Positions 1 to 10,343 of a stretch of DNA of 64,000 bases are shown here, in pieces (positions within the stretch are counted from its first letter, which is position 1; every line of letters begins with the position of its first letter). The stretch is from Candidatus Zestomicrobium tamdykulense (GTDB lineage Archaea > Thermoproteota > Thermoprotei_A > Sulfolobales > NBVN01): positions 511 through 64,510 of the forward strand of contig JAVVFV010000003.1 in assembly GCA_039889305.1 (NCBI GenBank), in the 5' to 3' direction. Position numbers and translations under genes: made by a program. The notes under the pieces are model-generated. The model saw only the letters and a list, made by a program, of their open reading frames with translations, did no database searches and was not told the DNA's origin.

Positions 1-370
1 TGAAGATATCCTCTGTTATGCCTGGCATGGTCGCAACTCTCGCACCTCTCTCAGTAGCTTCCTTCCTAGCCACTGTATGTGTTATAGATTTTGAGGTTGG
101 TGCTATCACTACGTTCGATGCTTTCATAGCCTCGGCTACAGGTTTAGGAGGTTCTTCCCCATGTATGCTCCTGGGAATCATCTCGACGTAAATAGCCTCA
201 GCTCCTAGCTCCTTAGCCTTAATCCATAAGTGAAGACCTATGTTCCTCAGAGGCTCGTCAGTAACTACCAGCACGGACTCGCCCGCCTTAACACGTAAGC
301 AACGTGTCAGGGCGATTTCCGCTGCGTTAAGTAGTGACTCCTTAATCACAACGCCTAAGTAGTGACTCAT
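1..370 (-). CDS. Aminopeptidase, M29 / leucyl aminopeptidase (AmpS/PepS-like), N-terminal part; runs off the window start
   Basis: Not in the ORF track. Manual translation from ATG at 370 gives MSHYLGVVIKESLLNAAEIALTRCLRVKAGESVLVVTDEP...HGEEPPKPVAEAMKASNVVIAPTSKSITHTVARKEATERGARVATMPGITEDIF. The GEEPP, SITHT.ARK and ATMPGI motifs are typical of this family. Confidence 0.8.
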   Translation of the reverse strand, partial: MSHYLGVVIKESLLNAAEIALTRCLRVKAGESVLVVTDEPLRNIGLHLWIKAKELGAEAIYVEMIPRSIHGEEPPKPVAEAMKASNVVIAPTSKSITHTVARKEATERGARVATMPGITEDIF

Positions 371-373
371 TCC

Positions 374-1039
374 CTACACCTCTATCAACTCTCTCAAAAC
401 ACGTCCTAACAAAGTTCTCGGGATGAGGACAGGCTTCCCCGAAGCTGTAGCTACTACTCTTTTAGCCTCTATACTGAAGCCTATACAGTCTAATACTATC
501 AAGTCACGATCACTTAATTCTTTGGAAGCTTCCGCCAAGCTGTTCAGAGTTCCTGTATAGGGTGATACGCTGAGAATCTTAATATCTGATGATATTTTGC
601 TCCACTTCCTCCTCGTTAGTCCTAATTGCGCAGGATCCGGCACTACTACGCCCAGCTTACCTACCTTAAGAGACTCAACAACCTTCAGAAGAAGATCTGA
701 GGGCTCAATCAACAACTTCCTAGACTTAAGTTCAGGGAATTCACCCGTACAGAGCAGCCCCAGCACATCTACGGAGGGTTCAAGCGAGTTAATACACTTC
801 TGCATCAGTGGGAGTATTCTCTCACGCGCGACCTTAACCTCAGCACCATCTCTAAGTCTAGTTACTAACACATACTCGCCCTCCCTAGGTGTGAGAGCCT
901 CGATTTCTTCCCTGCTAAGCTTATCTAGCGCACCACACTCAACTATTTCCACATCAGCGCCCTCCAACACCATCCTAATCTCAGGAACTACATCCACTCT
1001 AGGAGACTGACCTATAGTGATAAGACCCACCTTTCTCAC
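374..1039 (-). CDS. AroM family protein (Asp/Glu racemase-like fold)
   Basis: N-terminal GLITIGQSPRVDV, EYVLVTRLRDG, and two conserved cysteines (LLCTGEF, LDCIGF). Confidence 0.85.
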   Translation of the reverse strand: MRKVGLITIGQSPRVDVVPEIRMVLEGADVEIVECGALDKLSREEIEALTPREGEYVLVTRLRDGAEVKVARERILPLMQKCINSLEPSVDVLGLLCTGEFPELKSRKLLIEPSDLLLKVVESLKVGKLGVVVPDPAQLGLTRRKWSKISSDIKILSVSPYTGTLNSLAEASKELSDRDLIVLDCIGFSIEAKRVVATASGKPVLIPRTLLGRVLRELIEV

Positions 1040-1045
1040 GGTGTC

Positions 1046-2119
1046 TCACCACATCTTCTTACCAACGATAACCTCGACCTGCTTCAAGATCTCGGGATCC
1101 TTAACGCCTGCACCAAGCGGCACGAATTCCTTAGGAATCACCATAACGAGTACTTCATCACCAAATTTAATTTCCGCAGATGTGAGTGGTAAGGACGTCT
1201 TAAGATCTAGGGTTACTATGAGGTCCGGGAAGGTAGCTAGCCTTACCCCTTTCGTGTCCTCCAGCGTCATATACTCATTCCAGAACGTTATCTCGTAAGA
1301 CTTGAAGCCTCCCTTAACTATTACTCTACCTATGTCATATCCGCCACGCGTCTCTAGTGAGACGCTATCGACAACCCTCTTATCCACCACATGCCCACCA
1401 CCAAGATATCTAATCACCTCAGTCGCGATGCTTTCAGCGTCGCCATAATGCTTCTGCATTATCTTACCAACTTCTATGGCCTTACTGAGTGCTCCGACCG
1501 CAGCGTTTTCCCTTAGATAGTTAGGACTGACAGGATTACGTGTTACGGCCACCATACCACCTGCCTGCACTGATGCTTCCCTAATTAACTTATCGGTCTT
1601 CGCTAGAGATCCACGTACAACTACCTCCACATAAGTCCCTGCTTCCTTACTCCCGCCAACAGCTGCCTGCACTGAGACGTATTCTTTAATTTTATGAAGC
1701 CCCATAGAGCCCATCACGCCGGTTGGGTGTGCTCTGCCGTCAGCAGGTGCATCAATCACCGGGATTTCTAGAGCTGCTGCCGGTACCCATCCGTTAGCTG
1801 TTGATGCCCCGCCATTCTCAGACGATATAAAGCCCCCTATGCGTATTCCGCCGTAATCCATCAGTAGCTCAGCAGATCTGATCATGTGGTTTGGCTTCAA
1901 ATACTTCTCTTTCGCTGCAGGTGCTCCAACTATAGATGCTGTAACCACGTAACTATCTTTTGGAACCTCATCCACACTAACTATGTATAGATCACCTAAC
2001 TCAACAGATAATCTAGCACTCAGTAATCCTGTCTTAAGGTCACCTCCACCGCCGCCACCAAAGAAGGATCCGCCGAGAACTGCAGCTTCAGCTATCTTAT
2101 CATCGACCTTAATCCTCAC
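1046..2119 (-). CDS. DUF917 family protein
   Basis: GGSFFGGGGGG N-terminal motif, VGAP, SSENGG, DAPADGRAHP, and ENEY-like FWNEY and TFPDLI motifs. Confidence 0.85.
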   Translation of the reverse strand: MRIKVDDKIAEAAVLGGSFFGGGGGGDLKTGLLSARLSVELGDLYIVSVDEVPKDSYVVTASIVGAPAAKEKYLKPNHMIRSAELLMDYGGIRIGGFISSENGGASTANGWVPAAALEIPVIDAPADGRAHPTGVMGSMGLHKIKEYVSVQAAVGGSKEAGTYVEVVVRGSLAKTDKLIREASVQAGGMVAVTRNPVSPNYLRENAAVGALSKAIEVGKIMQKHYGDAESIATEVIRYLGGGHVVDKRVVDSVSLETRGGYDIGRVIVKGGFKSYEITFWNEYMTLEDTKGVRLATFPDLIVTLDLKTSLPLTSAEIKFGDEVLVMVIPKEFVPLGAGVKDPEILKQVEVIVGKKMW

Positions 2120-2787
2120 TTCGTAACACCTCCTACGGTTCTCTGTTTTAAGAGACTCAGCGTCACTGCGCCAGCAGCTATTACTGGATCTACTACAGGG
2201 ACTCCAGTTATTTCCTCAGCTATTCTGGCAAACCCTATTGTGGAGTATCCAGTACATGCGAGCACGATCACATTAACATCATGCTTGAGTAGGTCCTTCA
2301 ACGCCTTCTTGGCTGATTCCCTACCCCAGTCAGTCATTAAGTCTAATGTACTTTTAACTCCCTCAGGCTTTCCCTCAGCCACTAGGTGAGAGCCTAGAAC
2401 TCTCTTAATAACTTCCGGAGTATCTTCAGTAAGGTTCAGCACACCGACCTTATCACCGTAGGCTAGAGCGAGAGAAGCTGCTGCCGAACCAGCTCCTATA
2501 ACAGGTACTCTCAATTTCTTCCTAGCTTCCTTAACGGCTGGATCTGCGGCACAACTAACTATGATTGCGTTGACCCCCTCCCTCTCGAATTCCCTTGCTA
2601 GTCTGAGGATCTTAGGCTTAGCCAATTCCTCTGACTCACGATCGTAGATACTCTTAGGTTGATCCTCGATACACCTACTCACAACTCTTAACTCCGGGAA
2701 CGCCGACTCAATAATCTTGCCATGAAGATTTAGTAGCTCCTCATCCCTCGTTGTTAAAACCCTTATTAGTCCTATAACGTACTTCAT
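2116..2787 (-). CDS. Aspartate/glutamate/hydantoin racemase family protein
   Basis: Two-cysteine signature (IIVSCAADP ... IVLACTG) plus VPVIG and VPVVDP. Its stop overlaps the DUF917 start by 4 nt. Confidence 0.85.
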   Translation of the reverse strand: MKYVIGLIRVLTTRDEELLNLHGKIIESAFPELRVVSRCIEDQPKSIYDRESEELAKPKILRLAREFEREGVNAIIVSCAADPAVKEARKKLRVPVIGAGSAAASLALAYGDKVGVLNLTEDTPEVIKRVLGSHLVAEGKPEGVKSTLDLMTDWGRESAKKALKDLLKHDVNVIVLACTGYSTIGFARIAEEITGVPVVDPVIAAGAVTLSLLKQRTVGGVTK

Positions 2788-2805
2788 CTTAATTACTTAT
2801 ACAAT

Positions 2806-3753
2806 CTATTCAGGTATGTTCTTTCTGAACAAATCTGCAATAGGACCGTGTATCTTAATTATGGTTTCCCACTCCTGTGGGTCGTAGAATCTCGCTCTAC
2901 CCATGGTGAAGTCCTTAGCAACCTCCACAACGTACCTAGTTGATTGCTCCAGAGCTATGAAGTTAGTAGGTCCTGTCCCTGACCCCGGTAACGCCATCCT
3001 AGCGGTTATGGCGACCCCGACTACTGGCGCTTTCGTGTAGAGCCACGGCTGCATCATACTATTTATATGGTAAACCGGAGTTGAGTATGGTGTTATGTCT
3101 TGCATAGTTATCGGAACTATCACAGGTGGTTCGCCAGTGACCCTCACATATATATCTGTCAGGTCAGGACTGACTCTCAGTATCCAGCCCTCCTTAACTG
3201 TTGGGGTTATCGCGAAGCCTGTGTGTTTTATGACCCAGTTAGCCTTAGTAGCGTCAACTGAGAGTACAGCATCCATCTCATCCCTAACCTCCTTCTTAAG
3301 CAAAGTGAATATGTTAACTGGAGAATCCATCATAGGGACGGGCTTGTGCGGACGTGTCGGTGCGTTAGGACAGATATGGGTAGTAACGATGACGTCGCCT
3401 GGCAGCACATCCCCACGACTCCTCATTTCAGCGATCTTGTATGCCGTGGCAAGCGCGACAATCGCGCCGTCAGCGTCAGAAACCATACCCAAGTATGCGG
3501 GTCTAGCACCAATCCCTCCCAGCCTACCTATGACTCCCAGCGTCGGGGACGAGCCTCCTGAGCTCCTACCACTCATCCCAGGAATAACTATAGTTATGAA
3601 GTCTGTTGAGCCCTTATCCCCGTGAATCGTCTCCACAGAGACTTGAATATCGCTAAAACCCTTACCTACGAAGAATTTCCTAACGACCTCACCATTAACT
3701 CTAGGATCATCTAAGAGATCTATTACTTCTAACACGTGTTTTAGGGTAGACAT
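2806..3753 (-). CDS. DUF1177 family protein
   Basis: TLGVIGRLGGIGARP, VSDADGA, LPGDVIVTTHICP, LSVDATK and GSGTG motifs. Confidence 0.85.
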   Translation of the reverse strand: MSTLKHVLEVIDLLDDPRVNGEVVRKFFVGKGFSDIQVSVETIHGDKGSTDFITIVIPGMSGRSSGGSSPTLGVIGRLGGIGARPAYLGMVSDADGAIVALATAYKIAEMRSRGDVLPGDVIVTTHICPNAPTRPHKPVPMMDSPVNIFTLLKKEVRDEMDAVLSVDATKANWVIKHTGFAITPTVKEGWILRVSPDLTDIYVRVTGEPPVIVPITMQDITPYSTPVYHINSMMQPWLYTKAPVVGVAITARMALPGSGTGPTNFIALEQSTRYVVEVAKDFTMGRARFYDPQEWETIIKIHGPIADLFRKNIPE

Positions 3754-3944
3754 GACTAATCACAATCTAGAATACCTTAATATCATTTAAATATTTCAGT
3801 ATTCTTCAATATTAATTAATTCATGTTAAAGGCCTATTACAGTACTTCTTTTAACTTCATTGAATTAATTAGAATTAATTAACTAGAATTATTGATTAAA
3901 TTTAAATACTTGTTTCAAGATTAGTATGGTGTGATGATATCATA

Positions 3945-5554
3945 ATGTCTGAATCTAATGAGTATCACCCGAAATTGTATGAGCCTATCGTCATAATTAT
4001 AGGGCTTGCTCTAGCACTCTTTGGTGCTATAATCGGTATGGAACTAATAAGCAGGGTTGGTATCAACCCGAACACCTCGATTATTGGCGCTCTCATAGCT
4101 ATAGCTTTCTCAACCATTTCGCTAAGAGGATGCGTAACGTTCACAGAATCAATCTAATGCAGACAGTAATATCGGGAGCGACGTTCCAGGCCGGGAACGT
4201 GTTCCTGCTTACGATAGCTGTACCATATCTTCTGGGACTTACGGGAGGTATGTATTTCTATGGGGTCATAGTAGGGGTCCTCATCGCGGGTGTAGTAGAT
4301 ATATTGTTTGCTTACTGGATATTTGACTCGCCGTTCTACTCTGCTAGGAATCCATGGCCGCCAGGCATAGCTACAGCTGAGGCTATCAAAGCTGCCTTAG
4401 GTAGGGGTAAGAGAGCGCTACTTCTGCTCTATGGCATGATTTTTGGTGGAGCACTCACATACCTCGGCTATCCAGGCGACGTGGTCGGCATTACCCTTAT
4501 AACTCAGATAGTAGCTATAACGTCTTTCGGTATTGGTTTATTGTTGAGGGCGTACGGACCGACGCTGGTAGGTATAGATTTTTACAAGATATATGCACCA
4601 TAAGGTATAATGGTTGGTGCTGGTATTGCAGCACTGATTCAGTTCCTTCTTCTCTACCTTAAAGTCAGGAGGAGACAAACTACTCAATCAGTAACGGAAT
4701 CCACATCCAGCATTCCACCGACGCTCATCAGTGCAAACGAGGCTATAAGGAAGTTAGTTATGTCTTTAATTATTTTTGTGGCTGGTGCGTTAGTAGCTGG
4801 TTTAATAACTGGTGTTAGTGGTATGATGAGTTCTGAGATGTTCTTGTTGTGGGTCGTCTATATAGGTTTCCAAGCATGGTTCACAACTCTTATTTGTGCT
4901 CTCTCAGGAATGTATGCTGGCTGGTTCCCAGCATTCGCTACAGCACTAGCGTCATTAGTTATAAGCCTGGTTTTAGGCTTTCCACCACTAGCGGCAGGAA
5001 TAGGTGTAGCATATGTTGCTGCTACTGGGCCCGGGATGGCGGACCTCAACTACGACCTGAAGACTGGGTGGATCCTCAGGGGCGAGGGGAAGGACCCGAA
5101 TTTCGAAAGGATAGGAAGGAGATGGCAATTCTACACTAAGATACTTTCTCTAGCAGTAGCATTAACTATGGTTATTATATTCTACAACACGTACTTCGCA
5201 ACTCTAAACCTATATCCACCAGCATCCAGAGCCCTAGCAGCTACCGCTAAGGCAGCAGCAGATCCTGAGTTAGCGAGATGGTTGCTAACTTGGGCACCCA
5301 TAGGCTTCATACTGCAACTCGTCGGAGGGCCTGAAAGACAAATAGGGATACTCCTAGCTACAGGACTAATGATCCCCAACCCACCAGCCGGCATAGCTGT
5401 GCTAGTTACCGTAGCTGCCAGGCTAGCACTAACTAAAGCTCTGGGAGCTGAAAGGTTGAGGGACGTGTTCTACGTGGGTGGAGCCGGAGCAGTCGGAGGC
5501 TCTGCGATAATTTCGTTCATAGTATATACCTTAAGAGCTTACTTAAGGTTTTAA
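3945..5554 (+). pseudogene. OPT-family oligopeptide transporter, interrupted by a frameshift and an in-frame stop
   Basis: Three hydrophobic ORF pieces form one OPT-like protein (NTSIIGAL, NLMQTVISGATF, PWPPGIATAEAI, GPGMADL.YDLKTG, QLVGG..RQIGILLATGL). A T is missing at 4117-4119 (ATTTC for ATT TTC). An in-frame TAA at 4601-4603 sits within YAP*GIMVGAG. Confidence 0.8.
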
Positions 5555-5925
5555 ATAAAATTTTTCCACTATTAAAACATGTAAGAAATTGTTTACAGTT
5601 TGTTCCTAGATGATCATTCCAATCATTATATATTTGTTTACGGTTACATCTAAGGATTTTCTTCTCACCCACTCATTAGTAGTACTACTTCTCTTGTGGG
5701 TTTACTGAATACTCGAAGTAACAGCACAACCTCCTCAAGAATTAAATATTTTCTCTTAATGTTTAATACTGCCGCGACATCCTACCCCACTCTGAAACTA
5801 CATGAGGGGGTATTTAATAGAGGTTCTTTTCAGGTTAATTCTAATGAGTAAGACTTTCTTCTCTTTGTACTTTTCATTAATAGCTTTCATAATGCCTAAC
5901 AATTTAAAAAACAGACTAGATCTGT

Positions 5926-6789
5926 TTATTCCTTCTCTAGGAACTCGCTAATCCTGATTAGGAATTTACTTACCTCCATCGGTATTAGTATTTTTGAGGA
6001 TGGTGCTACAGCTATTTTCTCGAGAGTTTCATAGTACTTGAGGAGTAGTGTGTTATGAGTTAATTGTCTGGCTGCTTCTTCAATCTCTAGTAAGGCTCTC
6101 TTCTTCCCTTCAGCTTCAAGTATTGCTGCCTGCATCTCACCTTCAGCTTTCTTTATCCTTGATTCTCTATAACCTTCAGCTTCAAGTATTGCTGACTGTT
6201 TCTTACCCTCAGCCTCAAGTATCATAGCTCTCTTAGTTCTCTCAGCAGCCATCTGCTTAATCATCGCTTCCTGAACCTCACTTGGTGGTTTTATCTCCTT
6301 GATTTCCACTGAAGTTATTTTTATCCCCCACCTGTCAGTTACTTCGTCTAGCTTAGCTCTAAGTGCTTGATTTATGTAGTCTCTACGTGCTAAGACATCA
6401 TCTAGTAGTAAGTCACCTACTATTGCTCTGAGGGTAGTCACAGCTATACCTGTAGACGCCATAACGAAATTCTGGACTGATTTGACCGCGAGCTCTGGAT
6501 CGAAAACCTTCATGTATATGAGTAAGTCTATGTTTACGGGCGCGTTATCCTTAGTAATACAGGTTTGGGGAGGTATATCAAGAACCATCTCCCTCAAATC
6601 AATCCAAGTTCCTGAGTCTATTATGGGTACTAGAAACACTAACCCAGGACCCTTAACTCCTATTATCTTACCTAACCTGAATACGACGAGTCTCTTATAC
6701 TCAGGCACTATCTTCAAGTGCGACAATATAACAGCAAGAACAATCACTAAGAACAAACCTAAAATAACAAGAGATACTATATCGATCAT
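5926..6789 (-). CDS. SPFH/band 7 (stomatin/QmcA-like) membrane protein
   Basis: N-terminal TM helix, GPGLVFLVP, ITKDN, TTLRAIVG, RWGIKIT and the AERTKRAMILEAEG coiled coil. Confidence 0.92.
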   Translation of the reverse strand: MIDIVSLVILGLFLVIVLAVILSHLKIVPEYKRLVVFRLGKIIGVKGPGLVFLVPIIDSGTWIDLREMVLDIPPQTCITKDNAPVNIDLLIYMKVFDPELAVKSVQNFVMASTGIAVTTLRAIVGDLLLDDVLARRDYINQALRAKLDEVTDRWGIKITSVEIKEIKPPSEVQEAMIKQMAAERTKRAMILEAEGKKQSAILEAEGYRESRIKKAEGEMQAAILEAEGKKRALLEIEEAARQLTHNTLLLKYYETLEKIAVAPSSKILIPMEVSKFLIRISEFLEKE

Positions 6790-6904
6790 ATTAAATCACT
6801 CAATTAACTTATGTCGTTTAAACCTAATAAATTGTAGTTGCAAAATGTAGGAATCCTGAATAAGAAACTCAGAGTTAGGATATACTAGGGTTATTCCTTG
6901 ACTC

Positions 6905-7402
6905 TTACTTAATAAGTTCTGGTCTTAAATAAAGCTTTAAGGAAGAACTACTTAAATCGGGATGTCTGACTTCAAGACACACTAAAGCGCCTGGACTTAA
7001 GTAGATTCTAAAACCACCTAATAATTCCTGAATGACGTCCTCAAGGCTTGGTGAGTGACCAACTAGTAGGATAGTGTCCTTGTCATCAAGACTCATCGAG
7101 TTAAGCAAGTATCTAAGATTATCTGAATCGAAATATTCTGGCAATAACTCATTCCTTTGAAGAATCTCACTAACTCCTAGGACCTCAGCAACTATTTCAG
7201 CAGTTTCTAGAGCTCTCTTAAGTGGGCTAGAAACTACGTATTTAGGTCTTAAACCAAAAACTCTAGCTACCTTAGCTACCTGGAGACGGCCCTCTTGAGT
7301 AAGAGGTCTCTCACTATCTGAAACCCCAGGCTCTTTGGATTCGGCTTCGCCGTGACGCATTAGGACGAGAAACATGTGTGCATACCTCAAGAATCTCTTC
7401 AT
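6905..7402 (-). CDS. sixA: SixA-type phosphohistidine phosphatase (histidine phosphatase superfamily)
   Basis: LMRHGEA, RPLT.EG, SSPLKRALETA and LLVGHSP. Confidence 0.8.
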   Translation of the reverse strand: MKRFLRYAHMFLVLMRHGEAESKEPGVSDSERPLTQEGRLQVAKVARVFGLRPKYVVSSPLKRALETAEIVAEVLGVSEILQRNELLPEYFDSDNLRYLLNSMSLDDKDTILLVGHSPSLEDVIQELLGGFRIYLSPGALVCLEVRHPDLSSSSLKLYLRPELIK

Positions 7403-7417
7403 ATGCTTCCTTAATTT

Positions 7418-8011
7418 TTATTTCTTTCTGAAAGCTCCCAGATACTTCATTATTTCCTCATACACAGCCCCGTTAAGCAATCCATCATTTTTCAAAGTAT
7501 TGAAGAGCTGGCGTGCAGTCATCACGTAATGATACTTCATCCCGAGAGCCCTCACTCTATCTTCAGCGCCTTGCTCTCTATCTACTATGACTAGAGCTCC
7601 TGTGGGGATGGCTCCTGAATTTCTTAGTATTTCGTATGTCTTCATTATTGAGTCTCCGGTCGTGGCTACGTCATCAACTATGAGTGAGGACCTACCTTCT
7701 ACTTCCCCCTCAACCTGACTAAGCATCCCGTGATCTTTTCTCTCAAGTCTGACGTAAGCCATCGGTTTATTGGTGGCGGCAGCTATGAAGGCTGCTAGAG
7801 CTACTCCTGAAGTAGCTACACCTACTAAAACTTCGTAGTGTGATAGGTTGATTTTCTTGGTTACTTCTTCTATTATTAGCTTCATTATTTTAGGGTAGCT
7901 ATATATTTTCCTCATATCTATGTAGAATGGTGAAGTTATTCCGGAGCTTAAGACGAATGACCCTATCTTGACGACTCCTACTTTATATAGTTCACGAATT
8001 AACTCCTGCAT
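7418..8011 (-). CDS. pyrE: Orotate phosphoribosyltransferase
   Basis: F.LSSG..SPFYIDMR, YVRLERKDHG and the PRPP loop IVDDVATTG.S. Confidence 0.95.
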   Translation of the reverse strand: MQELIRELYKVGVVKIGSFVLSSGITSPFYIDMRKIYSYPKIMKLIIEEVTKKINLSHYEVLVGVATSGVALAAFIAAATNKPMAYVRLERKDHGMLSQVEGEVEGRSSLIVDDVATTGDSIMKTYEILRNSGAIPTGALVIVDREQGAEDRVRALGMKYHYVMTARQLFNTLKNDGLLNGAVYEEIMKYLGAFRKK

Positions 8012-8679
8012 TCCCTAACCCTCTTTTCCTGCTCGTAAATAATTTTTTGAAGAGCTTCCCTAGGATTAGGAGAATTAGTTACGGCTCGCCCTACTATCTC
8101 GTAGTCGGCTCCGGAACATATAGCGCTGCCTGGTTCAGCACCTTGAGCTCCAACACCTGGTGAGAATATCCTTAACTCACTACCTGCTAATTCTCTAACC
8201 CTACCGATGACTTCCTTCCTAGTAGCTGGTGCTACAACACCCCAGACACGTAATTCTAGAGCAACGTTAACGAACTCACTCAAGTGCTTATCAATAAATT
8301 CTGTTGAGCCTTGATGACTCATAGAAACCACTAATATAGGCTTAATCCCTAATTCTTTAGACTTCATAACAAGAAGATCTAGCGCTCCACGCCTACCAAC
8401 AAAAGCGTGAGATATTACTGCATTCACACCTGCGTCAGCAAGAACCTCAACCACGTAAGACATAATATCTCCTATATCAGCTAGCTTGAGATCCGCTATC
8501 AGAGGCTTACTACACACACTAAATAAGTTCCTCAAACTACTTACTCCGGTTCTCAGTACTAGTGGGAGTCCTACCTTAAACGAGGAAACTAACTCACATA
8601 AGTAATTAACACGCTCTTTAACCCAACTCTCAGGTTCTACTTTAGGCGGAGGATCTAACGCTACTACTACTTTACTCAA
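7999..8679 (-). CDS. pyrF: Orotidine-5'-phosphate decarboxylase
   Basis: VALD, ADLKLADIG, SPGVGAQG and IVGRAV. Overlaps pyrE. Confidence 0.92.
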   Translation of the reverse strand: MSKVVVALDPPPKVEPESWVKERVNYLCELVSSFKVGLPLVLRTGVSSLRNLFSVCSKPLIADLKLADIGDIMSYVVEVLADAGVNAVISHAFVGRRGALDLLVMKSKELGIKPILVVSMSHQGSTEFIDKHLSEFVNVALELRVWGVVAPATRKEVIGRVRELAGSELRIFSPGVGAQGAEPGSAICSGADYEIVGRAVTNSPNPREALQKIIYEQEKRVRECRS

Positions 8680-8905
8680 ATGCCCGCTTAAAAAACCACA
8701 GAAAAGTTAATAAGCTTTACTATGTTTTGATTACCAACATAATATTTTCAAAACTAGCTTATAGTAGTTTCTACTAGTTCTTGTCTCAGAAATAATTATG
8801 GAAGTTAAGACAATAATCCGTATAACCAACACGAAAAGAACATTATGGAGGATTTTCTGGTACTCCTCGAATCACTACTTAATTTAAATAAGGAAGATAA
8901 TATTA

Positions 8906-10138
8906 TTGATGGTGTTTAATATGATATCACCTGTTCTTAACTACAGGGGTGTCATTGAAGAAATCTCTGGTGAGATCGCCTTCCAATATATATCTCGTGC
9001 TAAGGAGCTGGCTTCAAAAGGCTTTAGCGTGATATCGTTCGGGGTTGGTCAGCCTGACATTCCTACCCCACCACATATAATTGAGGAGGGTAAGAAAGCT
9101 CTTGACTTGAGATATACAGGCTACACTGAAACTGAAGGCATTAAGGAATTGAGAGAGTCGGTTGCTGAGTACTTAAACACTAGGTACGGTAGTGATGTCA
9201 GACCTGACGAAGTATTGATTACTATGGGAACGAAAGGTGCTGCTTACTTAGCTATGGCTGCTTACGTAAGACCTAATGATGAAGTCATAGTTACTGACCC
9301 AACATATCCAGTATACTCTGAGTTGCCTAAATTCTTCGGTGCGAGACCTGTTTACGTACCTTTAAAGTGGTTAGGTAGTGAAGAAGGCTTTGCACTTGAT
9401 CTCAACGCTATCCATGAATCAATAACTAAGAAGACTAGAGGAATCGCTATAGTAAACCCACATAACCCTACTGGTGCTGTCTTTAGTAGAAGAGAAATCG
9501 AGGGATTGATGGATCTTGCCAGAGATTACAAACTCCTCATATTTGCTGACGAGATATACGATAATTTCCTTTACGAGGACGCTGATTTTAAATCATTCAT
9601 GAGTTTTCCTGACTGGAGAGACTATATTCTTTACTGTAACGGTTTTTCGAAGACGTTCTCTATGACTGGCTGGAGACTCGGTTACTTAGTGGCGAGGAGA
9701 GAAGTCGCCAAGCTACTTATCAAGCTAGCTGTGAATACGTGGTCTTGCCCACCCTCAATCGCTCAGAAGGCAGGTATAACAGCTCTTAAAGGAGATTGGA
9801 CCCCTGTTAAGGAAATGGTGAGGTTATTTAATAAAAGAAGACTAACTCTCTACAACGAGTTAAAGAAAGTAAAGGGCTTTGAGGTCTGGAGAGGTAAGGG
9901 TGCCTTCTACTTATTCCCTAGGGTAGCTAAGCTGCTTGACTCAATAGGCCTTGACGTTGAGGCATTCGTTAACAAGCTAATAGACGAGAAATACGTTGTG
10001 ACTCTTCCCGGGACAGCCTTCCCGAGAGACTTCGGTAAGAACTATATCAGATTTAGTTACGCTGTAGATGAAGAGAAAATAATTGAGGGTGTTAGAAGGA
10101 TAAAAGAGCTTGTGGAGGAAATAACAGCGAAGACTTAA
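8906..10138 (+). CDS. PLP-dependent class I/II aminotransferase (aspartate aminotransferase-like)
   Basis: GVGQPD, NPHNPTG, DEIY, PLP lysine in FSKTFSMTGWRLG, GAFYLF and PGTAF. Confidence 0.92.
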   Translation: MMVFNMISPVLNYRGVIEEISGEIAFQYISRAKELASKGFSVISFGVGQPDIPTPPHIIEEGKKALDLRYTGYTETEGIKELRESVAEYLNTRYGSDVRPDEVLITMGTKGAAYLAMAAYVRPNDEVIVTDPTYPVYSELPKFFGARPVYVPLKWLGSEEGFALDLNAIHESITKKTRGIAIVNPHNPTGAVFSRREIEGLMDLARDYKLLIFADEIYDNFLYEDADFKSFMSFPDWRDYILYCNGFSKTFSMTGWRLGYLVARREVAKLLIKLAVNTWSCPPSIAQKAGITALKGDWTPVKEMVRLFNKRRLTLYNELKKVKGFEVWRGKGAFYLFPRVAKLLDSIGLDVEAFVNKLIDEKYVVTLPGTAFPRDFGKNYIRFSYAVDEEKIIEGVRRIKELVEEITAKT

Positions 10139-10343
10139 ACTTACCGCATAACCAAGCAACCTTAATGTAAGTGGTTAAGCGTAATTAATTTCTTCCTACA
10201 CTTATCTTAGCCTTCTTTAGCGTCAAGATTTACTAAGTCATGAAGACTACAAACTTCATTGTTTTGAATATGAGTGTTCTAAAATTGGAGAACAGTAAAA
10301 CATAAAATATAATAAAATATTTAGCGTGAGAAATTATGTTGTA

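Noticed and set aside
3930-3985. GTGATGA...CTGA...AATGAG pattern resembling a C/D sRNA
   Set aside because: No proper D box or terminal stem, AT-rich guides, and it overlaps the OPT RBS and start.
5555-5925. Possible gene remnant between OPT and SPFH
   Set aside because: Short broken frames with no recognisable family motif.
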